Origin: Octopus sinensis
Taxonomy: Eukaryota
DNA: 64,000 nucleotides
Direction of reading: 5' to 3'
Assembly (NCBI RefSeq): GCF_006345805.1
Contig: NW_021833033.1
Location: 1 to 64,000, forward strand
Shown here: piece by piece, positions 26,259-39,777 of the stretch
How positions within the stretch are numbered: position 1 is the first letter of the stretch
Layout: every line of letters begins with the position of its first letter
The notes under the pieces: model-generated
What the model was told of the DNA's origin: nothing
The model's database searches: none
Seen by the model: the letters and a program-made list of their open reading frames with translations, nothing else
Translations under genes and position numbers: made by a program

Positions 26259-26443
26259 AATTTTGAGGGAAAGGTAAGTCTATTATATTGACCCCAGTGC
26301 ACAACTGGTACTTATTTTATTGAATCTGAAAGGGTGAAAGGCAAAGTCGACTTCTGCGGAATTTGAACTCCAAACCCGAAAACGGACGAAATGCCGCTTC
26401 GCAATTCCCCCCACCTGCTAGCGATTCTGTTAGCTCACCGGCT
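26259..26443 (-). mobile_element. SINE family A, diverged
   Basis: GGGTGAAAGGCAAAGTCGAC...GGAATTTGAACTC. Confidence 0.75.
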
Positions 26444-29024
26444 TCACAATTTCAAGATGTTAAGAAATAGTTTCAAATGAAGTATAATTGTTCTGTATGG
26501 TGAATGAAATCTTTATTTACATGGTTCCGGGTCCTCCTCCCACTGCGTGGCACCCTTCCTTTTGAATGGTAAGCCAGTCCATCGTAGGCCGACCTATTTA
26601 TAGCTGAGTGGACTGGAGGAATGTGAAATCTCTTTAAAGACAGTGCTCGACAACACAACATTTCGCCGGCCTTGGAGTCGAACCCACGATCTTGTAATCG
26701 CGAATGCAATCCTCTAACTGTTGGCTATGCATTTTCACACACACACATACAAATATGCCCCACCGTATACATATTCACACCCACACACACACACACATAT
26801 ACACACACACGTATAGGAATATGTTCATGCTATGTGGTTGTATGGTAGATCCATTTAGTTCGGTTGTCGTTCATATTTTCAATTAGTTAAAAGGAACTTC
26901 CACAAATGTCTATTTTTTAAAAATTTCTCTGATCTTATACTTAAATTGTCAACAACCTTGTTAAGATTCATAAGTATTAGATTTTTCAGAATTATGTAGT
27001 TCATAAGACTTGCTTTCATTTATATATGGCTTTCATCTTTCAAGAATTTTCTGTTGGATATCGAGTACAGCATCACGTTCTTTGAATACCCAGTCATAGT
27101 TGAACAAATTGGTTCATTATTCTTTTCTATTTCTGAAGGAGGAAGTTATGATTCAAATAGTTTTAGATTTAGCTTTTGGTCCTCCTGCCCTGCTTAGCAC
27201 ATTGCGCGGCAAGTTTCCTTTACCTAGAAGCAGCTTGCCGCCCCTCCGCTCGGCTGCTCCTCGCACACATCTTTTCTACTTAAGACTGTCTTTATCTTGC
27301 AACGTTTGCCGCCAAGTAAGTTTCGGCAGCGGAATTCTGGTTTAAGCACTCCATATAACCCTTCATACCGTTTTTACTTCGTGGAATTTTGAGAAAATTT
27401 TTGCGAATTTGTATTTTACATACAGGAATTCATAAGATTATGAAAAATATCCCATAATTTTTACTGTGTGATATAAGGGCAATTTAGCTGTTATTTTTTG
27501 CGCATCTCACGGCCACCAGATACCTTCCTCATTTCTTTGACACTCTGAAATATATTGATATTTTTCAATATTCCTCTCCTCCAAAACATTCAATGGTTCA
27601 TTGCTGGGATTGAGGTAAAATTTCGGAATGCCCTTATTTTAAACTCTGATTTTAAAGAATTCGAAAGAGTGAAAATTTTAGGATATATGAGGGGTGGGAG
27701 TGGAGTGGGTATAAAATAACTTTGAAAAAAGAAAAATTGTTTTCATAATCGTATGAATTCTTTTTGAACTCATAATATTCTGTACGTGTATACTGAACTT
27801 TTTTAATAATTCCTTCTGGAAATTATCTTGAGAATGTATAATATATTTGTTGTAATCTTTTGCGCCCATTATTTCAATGAGCTTGTTAAACTTTTTTATA
27901 TTCTCAACATGCTCTTGTCACCAAAGAATGTATATCTATATGGATTGTAGTACTCTGTGTCAACCAATATTCTGTGCATGTTTGAATATACAGATACAAT
28001 ACCAATACCAATATCAATTCCTTCTGGAAACTATCTTAAGCACGTCCTTGAGAACGATTATTTATGTAGTAATCTTTTGTGCCCAATATTTTAAGGAACT
28101 TGTTGAACTTTTTTATGTCCTTAACATGTCCCTGTTACCAAAGACTGTATATATGTAATGTAGTAATTTGTAACAACCAATAATTAACGCAACCAAACTT
28201 CTACATGTTACTTTTGACAATCCTTTTCCAAAGAGTGAAACCGGTAAAGTAAATAAAAATTATTAAATTGCATTTTCAAACCTTCTTTCGTATATATATA
28301 CATATACACATACAGTGCGAAATATGCTCAGCAAGTACCAAAAGTGATATAATATTCGACAATATGTTGAAACCAAAACGTTTGCGAATTCCCCATCGGG
28401 GTAGAGAGACATATTCTATTTTATTTCATTTTATATAAAATATTTTATATAATATAACATATAATATAAAATACAAAATATAAAGCTATAATATCATCAG
28501 AGAATTAAATATCATGAAACAAGAGTGTGTGTGTGTGTGTTTGTGTTTGTATGTGTGTGTGTGTGTGCGTTTGTGCGTGTATGTCGAGAAAGCAAAAGTA
28601 ATGTAAAGTTGTATATACTTATAGAAAGAAAACACATAAAATGAACAGTTGAGTATCTTTTAATGAAAACATATATAGAACGAAGATGGATATCTTTGGA
28701 AGAAAAACATATAACGAAGCTGGATATCCTTCAAAACACGCGCGATGATCTTCGCCGTGATTCTCTGTATTAGCAAAGACTTGAATTAAGAGGAACTTTT
28801 TTTTTTAAAGAAGCTATATATACAACACATAATGAAGAATTTCTCTTGTAATCTTACTCCGCGAAATAGAATTTTCCTTATTTCCGTTTCTACCGGAATG
28901 TTTTCATGATGTAGCGGAAGTTAAATGTCAAATTAAAGCGTGTATATACATGTATGTACGTATGCATGTTATATGTATATATGTATATATGTATATATAT
29001 GTATATATATATATATATATATAT

Positions 29025-29076
<52 letters not shown>

Positions 29077-29099
29077 ATAACATATATATACATAATATA

Positions 29100-29113
29100 T
29101 ACACATATATGTA

Positions 29114-29144
<31 letters not shown>

Positions 29145-32100
29145 CTATACACATATTATATATGTATCTATTATGCATATATATATACATATATATATGC
29201 ATATATATACACATATATATGTATATATTATATGTATATTGCGTGTGTGTGTATATATATATGGTGGTGTATGTATTTTTATATATATTTTTTTTTTTTT
29301 TTGTGGACACACCACCCACACACACACACCAACCTACCTCCACACGCACACACCCACCCACCTACCTCCCCCCACCCACCCACCCACCTACCTCCCACAC
29401 GCCTGTTCACACACACACATACGTAGACCCATCTACGTACATACATTCACACATTTAATCACACACACTACAGACATACTACCACACACTAACATACAAA
29501 CCAACATGCACATACACACACACATACATACATACGCACACACATACATACTTACACACACACACACACACAACACGACATACATACAAACAGACACCAC
29601 ACACACATACATACGCACATACAATACACACACACTCACACACACACCGCACGTACACTTCACACACACACATGCAAACATACATGTAGGCACTACATAC
29701 ATACATACCTACACATGCACACCCTTACACTGAATGCACAACACATACACCTTTTTGCATCCAGGAGCCCCACCCTCTTTTCTGCTTTCCGGTTTTGGCT
29801 GATGGATCCTCGGCTCCCGCGTAGCGGGCGTTCGAGGGCCTTTGCGCTCGCACGCCTTGGCGGCGCGCTGGCGGCTTGGTCGGCCCCTTGGGCTTGCGTT
29901 GTACTGCTTGTGCGTTGTGTGCGTGGGCGCGCTTCGTGTGTGTGGGCTTGCTTCGGATGTGCGCGTGCGTATGTATGCATACATACCCACACACTCGCAT
30001 GCATCCCTACCCACACATACATACACGCACACCTCTCACACACACACACACACACATACCTGCACACACACACACACATACATACATACACAACATACCT
30101 ACTTCAGACATAACACAACACAGACATACACCCATACACTCACACTCACACCGCATACACACACCACACATACACACGCACACGTACACATACACACACA
30201 CCACCTACATACATACATTACACTTGTATACACACACACTTACATTCATACACACACACACCTAAACAGCCATACCCTCACTCAGACACACACATCTACC
30301 TACACACACACACAAACACACACGGACACACACCCATACATACATACATCTACACACACACACGCCTACACACTACATACACACATACAATCAACACACA
30401 CACACATACACATATACACACATACGCACACAACACATATACTTATACACATGCACACACACACACACATACATACATACACCCATATACATACACACAC
30501 ACATACCCACATACTCCTATACGCACATACTACACCACAGACATACACACATACACACTCACAAACAACATACACACACACATACTTACACACACACTCA
30601 CCTGCACGCGCACCACACATCTGACAAACACCCATACACTCTCACACTCACATACGCACACACCACCACATAAACACGCACACGCACACGCACACACACA
30701 CCTACACTCCCACACACATACACACGCACCTACATACACACACACGCACGCATACACACGCATACACACATACTTACACACGTACACACACACCTACATA
30801 CACATGCATACACACAACACACACAAACATGCACGGACACACCCAGACATACACACATACACCTATATACCACGCCCACACACACCTACATACACACACA
30901 TATACACACACGCCCACACACCTACATACACACACATACATACACACATACACGGACACCCCATACATACTTACATACATACACCTATATACACCACGCC
31001 TACACACCTACATACACACACATGCATACACACACACACACATGTACGCACTTACACACACATATACGCACATACATATATACCCACACACATGCACACA
31101 ACACACACACATACGCACATGCATGCATGCATGCACACGCGCACACCTACACTCATACACACACACACACGCACGTACACATACTACATACACACACACA
31201 CGCATACATACACCCTACACATACTGCATCCTACACCACATACATACACACTCACACATACATACACACACACACACTCACTCACACACCTGTATGTACG
31301 CGCCACACACATGCACATATACACACACTTCCCCACACCCACACGTACATACATACACACTCACACACACATACACACACACACACACACACGGACATAC
31401 ATCTATGTACACACATACATACACACATACTCTCACATACATTCATCGGACACACTACTGCCACCTGGACATATACACAGACACACTCACACATCCACAC
31501 ACATACATACTTACGCACATACTCGCAGGCGCGCGCACGCACGCGCTTGCGCCGGTTCACGCACGCATACGCTCCGCAGGCCCTCGCTCTTGGACCGACA
31601 AGACCTCCGCCCGTTCCTGGGACCGTCGCGTGTCGTTGGTTTTTCCCACGCCCGCCTCCGCGGGACCACTCTTCCATCTTCCCCTCACTGGAGTCCTTTT
31701 CCTTAACCCCCTTTTTCGTTACACACACCGCGCACACATATCACACACATTGCTTAAATATATACATTACTCTTACACACATTCAATCTACTCTACTCGC
31801 CATTTATACACAACACGACACTGGACACACACACACACTACTACTCAACACACGCTGGCACGCTACATACGCCCCCACCCTTCCCCTCCCTCCTTCCTCC
31901 TTCCTTCTTTTTCTTACTACTGACCTTTGTCTGCTAAGCTGACCACTGTCCTCGCCCTACCTCACACGCCTACACACAGACGCACACACTAACACCACAT
32001 ATATATTTTTTTTTGTTTTTTTTTCATCGCCTCACACACACACATACACACACGCACACGCACACACTCACACATACACACCACATCTGTTGCGTTACCA
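29100..32100. repeat. Degenerate (CA)/(TA) low-complexity region with irregular GC-rich patches
   Basis: Strongly C/A-skewed plus strand with no stable repeat unit. Confidence 0.8.
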
Positions 32101-32169
32101 ACCTTGTCTCCACTCTTTTGCCTTTAAAAACCCTTTTGCTCTGTTTTCGTAAACACCGCCGCTTTCACC

Positions 32170-32385
32170 ATGTGCACTCGTAAACACCAGTCGTCTTTTT
32201 TCTCTTTCCCTGTTGCCCGCTCTGGGATCTTTCTTTCCTCCTCTCTTCCTTTCTTTATGTTTCCGACGAAGAGCTCCGCTCGAAACGTCATACCCTCCCT
32301 CTCCCTTTTCCTGAGCGCCTATTAATAATAATACTGTAATTGTTCCATTGTTGTTGTTTTTTTTGTTTCCCGTTTGGATTAAAAT
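32170..32385 (+). mobile_element. Short PLE-end-like repeat with a minimal HHR motif at 32259-32293 (same family as 43963-44194)
   Basis: GTTT CCGACGA A GAGC TCC GCTC GAAAC GTC ATAC, followed by CTGAGCG...GTTTGGATTAA as in the second copy. Confidence 0.7.
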
Positions 32386-32488
32386 TATATATATATTATA
32401 TATATATATATATATTATACATGTTTCTATACATATTTTATATGTAGAGCTTATACATGTATATATGTATGTGTATTGGTATATTATA

Positions 32489-32527
<39 letters not shown>

Positions 32528-32690
32528 TATATATGTATATATATATATATATAAATATACACACACTCATGCAACGAGCACACGCGTACGCACACTCACA
32601 AGAGTGTTACATTTTTCGAGTTTCAACATTACAATTTCGAACCACACAATCCTTATATATTTGCATACACAAACGAGAAGCAGACGCACC

Positions 32691-32724
<34 letters not shown>

Positions 32725-32973
32725 TATAATATATATATATATATATTATAATATATAACATATACACTAACATGAAAACATATATACGCCGTAATATAAC
32801 ATATATATATATACCTATCTGGAATATACATAAAAAATAAAAATACATATACAAAAAATATCAAAGGCAAGCACCCCAAGTCTAAGTGAGGTGATATATC
32901 GCTGTGTACTGGATGGAGGGAACGCTCGCCTCTCAGATAACTATATGGATATATAGGTTATATATAGATAATA

Positions 32974-33013
<40 letters not shown>

Positions 33014-33107
33014 TATATGTATGTTGTATATATATAATATCTATAATATAAATATAGATATATGAAAATAAAAAAAATGGATATATGGTATGATATATAT
33101 ATATATC

Positions 33108-33358
33108 GGCGCAGGCGTTGCTTTGTGGTAAGAACCTTGCTTCCCAATCACATGATTCCGACTGCGTGCTACCTGGGGCAAGTGTCTTCAACTATAGCCT
33201 CAGGTAGACCAAAACTTTGCTAATGGATTTGGTAGGCGAAAACTGAAAGAAGCCCGTCATATATATGCGTATATGTATATATCTACGAATGCAACTTTGT
33301 GTCTGTGTTTGTTCCCTCTCCTACCGCTTGACAAACTGGTATTGGTGTGTTCAAATCC
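33108..33358 (+). mobile_element. SINE family B, 5' part
   Basis: GGCGCAGGCGTTGCTTTGTGGTAAG...CTGGGGCAAGTGTCTTC...AACTGAAAGAAGCCCGTC. Confidence 0.8.
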
Positions 33359-33391
33359 TCGTAACAGCCCACAGTGAGGCTCAGACGATTC

Positions 33392-33511
33392 TGGCGTAGC
33401 AAAGGTCGACATCCGAAACTTTCGCCAAAAGGACCCCTTGTGCAAAAGATGGTCATGATGATCTCAGTTTGGTGGGATTGCCGTGGTGTGATCATGTTGG
33501 ATCTCCTCCCA
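33392..33511 (+). pseudogene. Mariner transposase catalytic-domain fragment
   Basis: In-frame WRSKGRHPKLSPKGPLVQKMVMMISVWWDCRGVIMLDLLP matches the mariner KKVMLxVWWD..G motif. Confidence 0.8.
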
Positions 33512-33519
33512 TGCATATA

Positions 33520-33810
33520 TATTTTTGATTTTTGATTTTTCCAGTTTCAGCTGCGGCCATGCTGCGGCCATGCTGCGGCCATGCTGCGGCCATGCTGCGG
33601 CCATGCTGCGGCCATGCTGCGGCCATGCTTCGGCCATGCTGCGGCCATGCTGGGGCACCGCCGTTTGGTTTGCTACAGGATTTTACCTCACGAATGCTTT
33701 TTAGCAACTGCCATTTGGTGCATGAGAGAGTTCGATGCAGCTGCCCTCATCTGCACCTCCTGCCGTGAAGTTGGTTCATCCGGGACACCTGACAGGAAGA
33801 GATCCAGTCC
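33520..33810 (-). mobile_element. 3' end of a CR1/L2-group LINE (ORF2 C-terminus 33810-33688 plus 3' UTR)
   Basis: Minus strand reads GLDLFLSGVPDEPTSRQEVQMRAAASNSLMHQMAVAKKHS-stop, the LD.FL..VPDEP...SNSL..Q pattern of CR1-type ORF2 ends. The UTR GGCGGTGCCCCAGCATGGCCGCAGC follows. Confidence 0.72.
33550..33648. repeat. 11-bp tandem repeat (GCTGCGGCCAT)x9
   Basis: Nine units, one with a substitution. Confidence 0.95.
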
Positions 33811-33841
<31 letters not shown>

Positions 33842-34116
33842 TTAATAAGGGTGAGAGAATTAGATACTAATTTAATAGTATACCTATTCAACAGCAAGTG
33901 GCCCAGTGCCCCGAGAAACCTGGATTATTATAATATTTTATAACATATAATATTTTATACAAAAATAAATATAAGAGAGTGGTCACTATGTGACTCACTC
34001 TAGCACTAGTAAATCCAAAAGGTTTCAACCACAAAAATACATGTTTCCAATGAAAGTCAGTACGATTGTTAGCTCACACGAACAGGGCAAATAAAAAATA
34101 ACAAAAATACAGATTA

Positions 34117-34197
34117 TTTTGGGACAATTGTTTCGCTATTAATGAATTAAATGTAATTTTACTCACAAAAAACTCACTTGTAGCTCCTCAGCCAAAA
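34117..34197 (-). ncRNA. Canonical type I hammerhead ribozyme motif (family 2)
   Basis: Minus strand reads UUUUGG CUGAGGA GCUA..UAGC GAAAC AAUU GUC CCAAAA. All core nucleotides are present, stem I is 6 bp, and the cut falls after the complement of 34123. Confidence 0.88.
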
Positions 34198-34648
34198 CTA
34201 TCTGGATGAAATCCACTCAATCACACGCCAGATTTTACCATAACGATAAATACACGTGTGGTTCAATTGATTACATCCGACGTTATAATTCAAGTGCCCC
34301 TACCAACAGCGCGCCAAACCTTCACGGAAACAAATACTACTTTTAGAAATAAATGTAGCATAATTATAATTAATTAATAAGGGTGAGAGAATTAGATACT
34401 AATTTAATAGTATACCTATTCAACACCATGTGGCCCAGTGCCCCGAGAAACCTGGATTATTATAATATTTTATAACATATAATATTTTATACAAAAATAA
34501 ATATAAGAGAGTGGTCACTATGTGGCTCACTCTAGCACTAGTAAATCCAAAAGGTTTCAACCACAAAAATACATGTTTCCCATGAAAGTCAGTACGATTG
34601 TTAGCTCACACGAACAGGGCAAATAAAAAATAACAAAAATACAGATTA

Positions 34649-34729
34649 TTTTGGGACAATTGTTTCGCTATTAATGAATTAAATGTAATTTTACTCACAA
34701 AAAACTCACTTGTAGCTCCTCAGCCAAAA
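34649..34729 (-). ncRNA. Canonical type I hammerhead ribozyme motif (family 2)
   Basis: Same as 34117-34197; cut after the complement of 34655. Confidence 0.88.
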
Positions 34730-35231
34730 CTATCTGGATGAAATCCACTCAATCACACGCCAGATTTTACCATAACGATAAATACACGTGTGGTTCAATG
34801 ATTACATCCGACGTTATAATTCAAGTGCCCCTACCAACAGCGCGCCAAACCTTCACGGAAACAAATACTACATTTAGAAATAAATGTAGCATATTATAAT
34901 TAATTAATAAGGGTGAGAGAATTAGATACTATTTAATAGTATACCTATTCAACACCAAGTGGCCAGTGCCCCGAGAAACCTGGATCATTATAATATTTTA
35001 TAACATATTATAATATTTTGTACAAAAATAAATAAGAGAGTGGTCACTATGTGGCTCACTCTAGCACTAGTAAATCCAAAAGGTTTCAACCACAAAAATA
35101 CATGTTTCCCATGAAAGTCAGTACGATTGTTAGCTCACACGAACAGGGCAAATAAAAAATAACAAAAATACAGATTATTTTGGGACAATTGTTTCGCTAT
35201 TAATGAATTAAATGTATATTCTATATATATA

Positions 35232-35876
35232 AATTCTGTAAATAATAGTATCATTTTATAAGCTTAAAGTTTATAAGCGATCACTCCACAATGACTAATG
35301 GGGCATATAAGCCCGCGACGGAAAAAAGTACGCGTGGGACTTTAACCTACAGTTTTTTCTTTACGCGACAAGAAGCTACCATTACAGGAGCACACAACCT
35401 GCCTCATTCTGTCAGATTTAAGAACTATAATTATTTCGTAGTGTTGTTTTTGTAAACAAACCTTCCTGTGCTTTTACTGCGATGATTTTGTTTTTCTTAA
35501 GCAGTGTGTCGAGGGCTTATATGCCCCATTATTAGACTATTTTCATTAGTCATTGTGCGTTGATTGATTATGAAATACTATTATTATTATTTACAGAATT
35601 GTAAAAATCGGCGCTGCTTAACAAAAACCATCGCAGTAAAAGTACATGAAAGTTTGTTTACAAAACATCACGAACTAATTATAGTTCTTCAATCTGACGG
35701 AATGAAGGAGATTATGCACTAGTATAATGGTATCATTCTTATCGCGAAAACAAAGAAGTGTGGTTCGAATCCAACTTTTTTCCGTCAACAACTTATATGC
35801 CACATTGCCAGACTATTTTCTTTGGTCATAGCACAATGATCGCTTGTAAGCTTTAAGCTTATAAAATACTATTATA
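35232..35876. repeat. Diverged nested foldback element
   Basis: TATAAGCTTAAAG...AAGCGATCA pairs with TGATCGCTTGTAAGCTTTAAGCTTATA. Inner inverted pairs include GGGGCATATAAGCCC/GGGCTTATATGCCCC and TTACTGCGATG/CATCGCAGTAA. Confidence 0.7.
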
Positions 35877-36371
35877 TATATATATACATACATATATACG
35901 TGTATGGCGCAAGAAGCGAGTACCTTTAATTTAATAACCTCGACATTAATGTCTGTCCAATTGAGGAATTATTAAATCCGTCAATTTACGGATGAAAGAC
36001 AACATAAAAACCTCTATTGATTGCACTATTTCTCTCTCTCTCTCTCATTCATTCTCTTTCCCTCCCCCTCTCGCCCGCACGCATACTGGCACTCACGCAC
36101 ACACATCAGATACATAAAAAACAATTATACTACAACAAGCATGTCTCTATATAAATGTCTTCCACAGACATACGTGACAGCAAAGTACACACTCACGCAC
36201 GCACACGACGTTTCTTAAATGATGCTGGCGTTTTGCTAAGTATATTAATTCACCATAAGAACTAAATTTCACAACATCGACTGTTCTCCTAGTGTTAAGT
36301 GTCATCAAGTCAAACAAAATCCTTTAATGTACGCTCCCACTCACTTCCTACTGAATACGTTTTGGAGCAAA

Positions 36372-36772
36372 TCCCTATATATATAAAGATGAAGTTGTCT
36401 GTGTATGGCAGGTTTGGTAGCCTTCAATTAACACTATTTCCTCCGAGACCCTGCGGCACAAGTTCACCAAAATTGAGATTATGATAGAAGAAGGCTTGCT
36501 CTTCATTCCGTAGAAGAAAAAAATCAAATCGGACCATGTTAAGACCAAATATTATTTACATCAAAAAGGTGGGGTTTTTTTCTATGAAAAATCCCTATTT
36601 TTTACGATTTTTTGACTGCTGTATCGCCGTTTTTCGGTGTATTTCAACCAGAGAAATGTTCACTTAAAGAGAATAACAAGCTACATAATGCAAAATTTTT
36701 ACTTTTCAAAAATTCCAATTCTAAAGGGGCGAAAAGAAAACAAGCCCGAGCAACGCTGGGCGATACTGCTAG
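36372..36772 (+). mobile_element. Non-autonomous Helitron-like element, copy 1
   Basis: 5' A|TC..TATATATATAAAG; 3' hairpin CCCGAGCAACGCTGGG then CTGCTAG|T. Confidence 0.8.
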
Positions 36773-37383
36773 TTCTCAATAAAAGCAAAATATCACAGAA
36801 TTATAAGCAGTCAACACTTTTTTTTTTTTTAAGAATAAATACAATTTGTCAGAGTGAGACATTGAGACTAAGAGAAAGAGATAGAAGGGGAAAACGTGTC
36901 GTACGAAGAGAAAATAAAGATAACTTTTTTTTTTTCAAGACATACGTCTATCCTCGTTTATCACTGATGTATACATCATTGATCTGGGATAACACTGTTC
37001 ACTCGATGTTAACTGTTTCGCTTGACAGAAATTGGTTAGCGATGACATTGTTTGGAATCAGTCAATGATGCTTCTTGGGGCGCAAAAGGGCACCAGCGTC
37101 CATTCACAATTCGAAGACAACTTGATGTCTCGGGATATAATCTACTTTTCTCGTGTTCTACCATTCATTTATCGCTGATTCATTTAATACTGTGATTGTT
37201 TTTTTAAGAACTAATCACACGTGATAAGCGAGGATGGCTGTACAAGAAAAGTCATTTTATGGGTTTATAGTTGTATTATGTGTAATAATGTATGCCATTT
37301 CTTACTGAAAATGTTTAGGAACAAAATGACTGCGTTGTCTAGTAATCAACTGAATGTTGATCCGTCAGTAGGTCTATCCTCAA

Positions 37384-37774
37384 TCTCAATATATATAAAG
37401 CTGAAGTTGTCTGTGTATGGCAGGTTTGGTAGCTTTCAACTAACACTATCTCCTCCGAGACCCTGCGGCGCAAGTTGACCAAAATTGAGAATATGATAGA
37501 AGAAGGCTTGCTCTTCATTCCGTAGAAGAAAAAATTCAAATCGGACCATGTTAAGACCAAAAATTATTTACATTAAAAACGTGCTTTTGTTCTATGAAAA
37601 TCTCTATTTTTTACGATTTTTTGACTGCTGTGTCGCCATTTTTCGGTGTATTTCATCCAGAAAAATGTTCACTTAAAGAGAATAAGCTACATAATGCAAT
37701 TTTTTTTTACTTTTCAAAATTTCCAATTCTAAAGGGTCGAAACAAACCCGAGCAACGCCGGATGATACTGCTAG
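37384..37774 (+). mobile_element. Non-autonomous Helitron-like element, copy 2
   Basis: Collinear with 36372-36772; same hairpin and CTAG end. Confidence 0.8.
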
Positions 37775-37801
37775 TACTTAATAATATTATTCTTCAGATT
37801 A

Positions 37802-38020
37802 AGCTGCCGAACTGGTAGAGTCGTTTGCGCGCCGAGCAAAATGCTTAACTGCATTTCTTCTGTCATTGCATTCTGAGTCCAAATTCCACCGAGGTCGATT
37901 TTGCGTTTCATCCTTTCGGAGGGGGGGGGGTCGATAAAATGATTACCAGTTGTACACTAGGGGGTAGATGTATTCGACTTCCTACTTCCCTAAAATTACT
38001 GGCTTTGTGCCAAAATTTGA
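37802..38020 (+). mobile_element. SINE family A, diverged
   Basis: TTCTGAGTCCAAATTCCACCGAGGTCGATTTTGCG. Confidence 0.72.
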
Positions 38021-38672
38021 AGCCAATAATGTTCTTCACTTTGACAGAGATGAGGGAGAGACCAGAATCGCTATCTAATAAATTGAATGGTGCTCACCTG
38101 TAGACAATCGTGCTCTCAATCATGAAGTAGTGAGTTCGATTCCCAGGCTCGACAGTGTGTTGTGGTCTTAAGCAAGATATTTTATTTCACGTTGCTTCAG
38201 TACTCATCTGTAGAAATGAGTTGCGACGTCACTGGTGCCAAGTTGTATCAGCCTTTGACTTTCCCTTGGATAATATTAGTGGCATGGATGGGGGAGGCTG
38301 GTATGCATGGGCGACTGCTAGTCTTCCATAAAAACAACCTTTCCCAGACTTGTGTCTCAGAGGGTAACTTTCTGGATGCAACCTCATGGTCATTCATCAA
38401 CGAAGTGGATCTTTACCATTCTAATTGAAACATTAGCTGGTCTTAATCGCATAATTTTACCTGCAAGAATTAAAATATGGGATGGCCTAACATAGGTTTT
38501 CTTAAATATATTGGCAAGAATTTATTATCTCTCATAGTGATTAGTGGGAACACACCTTTATCGTAGTAAAATAAAATGGAATCGTTTACAGTGGAAACTT
38601 TTGGAATTCATTTTCTAACTTTTTTGTTTTTCTTTTTTGATTAAGCCCTTCGTTCCCTATGTATATATATAT

Positions 38673-38875
<203 letters not shown>

Positions 38876-39710
38876 CTGTTGAGATTTCTCGGAGAACATT
38901 TGTTCTGCGCATAAAAGTTTGTTCCCCAAATGCTAGCATGCAAGAAAGCAAGCAAGCAAACAGACATCCGCACGTTACTAGAGCTTTGCATTATTCGCCT
39001 AAGGACAGAGCACGAACAGATGAGACCCAATTGATTAAAACTCGTCTCTGTTCTGAGATTTCTTTTCGTTTCCTATACACACAATATCATTCATCAGAGT
39101 TTACTGCATTCTATTTTCTACTTATTTTTACTATTCTCGCTCTACACATGAGTATGTGTGCGTGTCCGTTTGTGTGTTGGAATTGTTTCATGGCGCATGC
39201 GTGCACCCACACACACACAAAATTACACACACAGACACGTATATATAATATGTGATTGAGTGAGTGAGTGAGTGAGTGAGTGTGTATCTACGACTTTGTA
39301 AAAATTCTAGTCCTGTGTGAGTTGCTTGGCACGTATTTGTGCACAATAGCCTCATCAGACGATCGGATCCGAAGGCGAAGCCTAAGGGGAGATAATCAAT
39401 GCTTCACTGCATTTCTCAGAGAACAAGTGACAGCAGTTATTCCTACAATCGACTTTTGAGTGTTTTTATTCGCTTCTCTTTCTCTTCCTCTCTCACTTTC
39501 TAATTCTTTCTCTCCTTCTCTTTCTCCCTTTTTCTCCATTTATCTCTTTCCTCTCTAACTTCTAGTAACTCTCTCCCCCTCACTTTTTCCCTCCCAATCT
39601 CTTTTCTTTAATTTTACTCTGTATATACAAATATATATGTGTGTGTATGTATTTCTGTATATATATACTCACATATATATATATATATATATATATACTA
39701 CATATATATA

Positions 39711-39777
<67 letters not shown>

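Larger units (their letters stand above)
33833..35216 (-). mobile_element. Retrozyme-like tandem array, family 2 (~532-bp unit, 2.6 copies)
   Basis: GGGTGAGAGA occurs at 33849, 34381 and 34911. Each unit has a canonical HHR on the minus strand. (TA)n lies on the left and a short TA run on the right. Confidence 0.9.

Noticed and set aside
27812-28155. Degenerate ~140-bp direct repeat pair
   Set aside because: It is an old local duplication with no terminal or coding hallmarks.
39040-39100. Minus-strand CUGAUGA with downstream GAAA
   Set aside because: Stems I and II do not pair convincingly.
39301-39360. Minus-strand CUGAUGA GGC..GCC
   Set aside because: It is followed by AAGC instead of GAAA, and there is no stem I or III.
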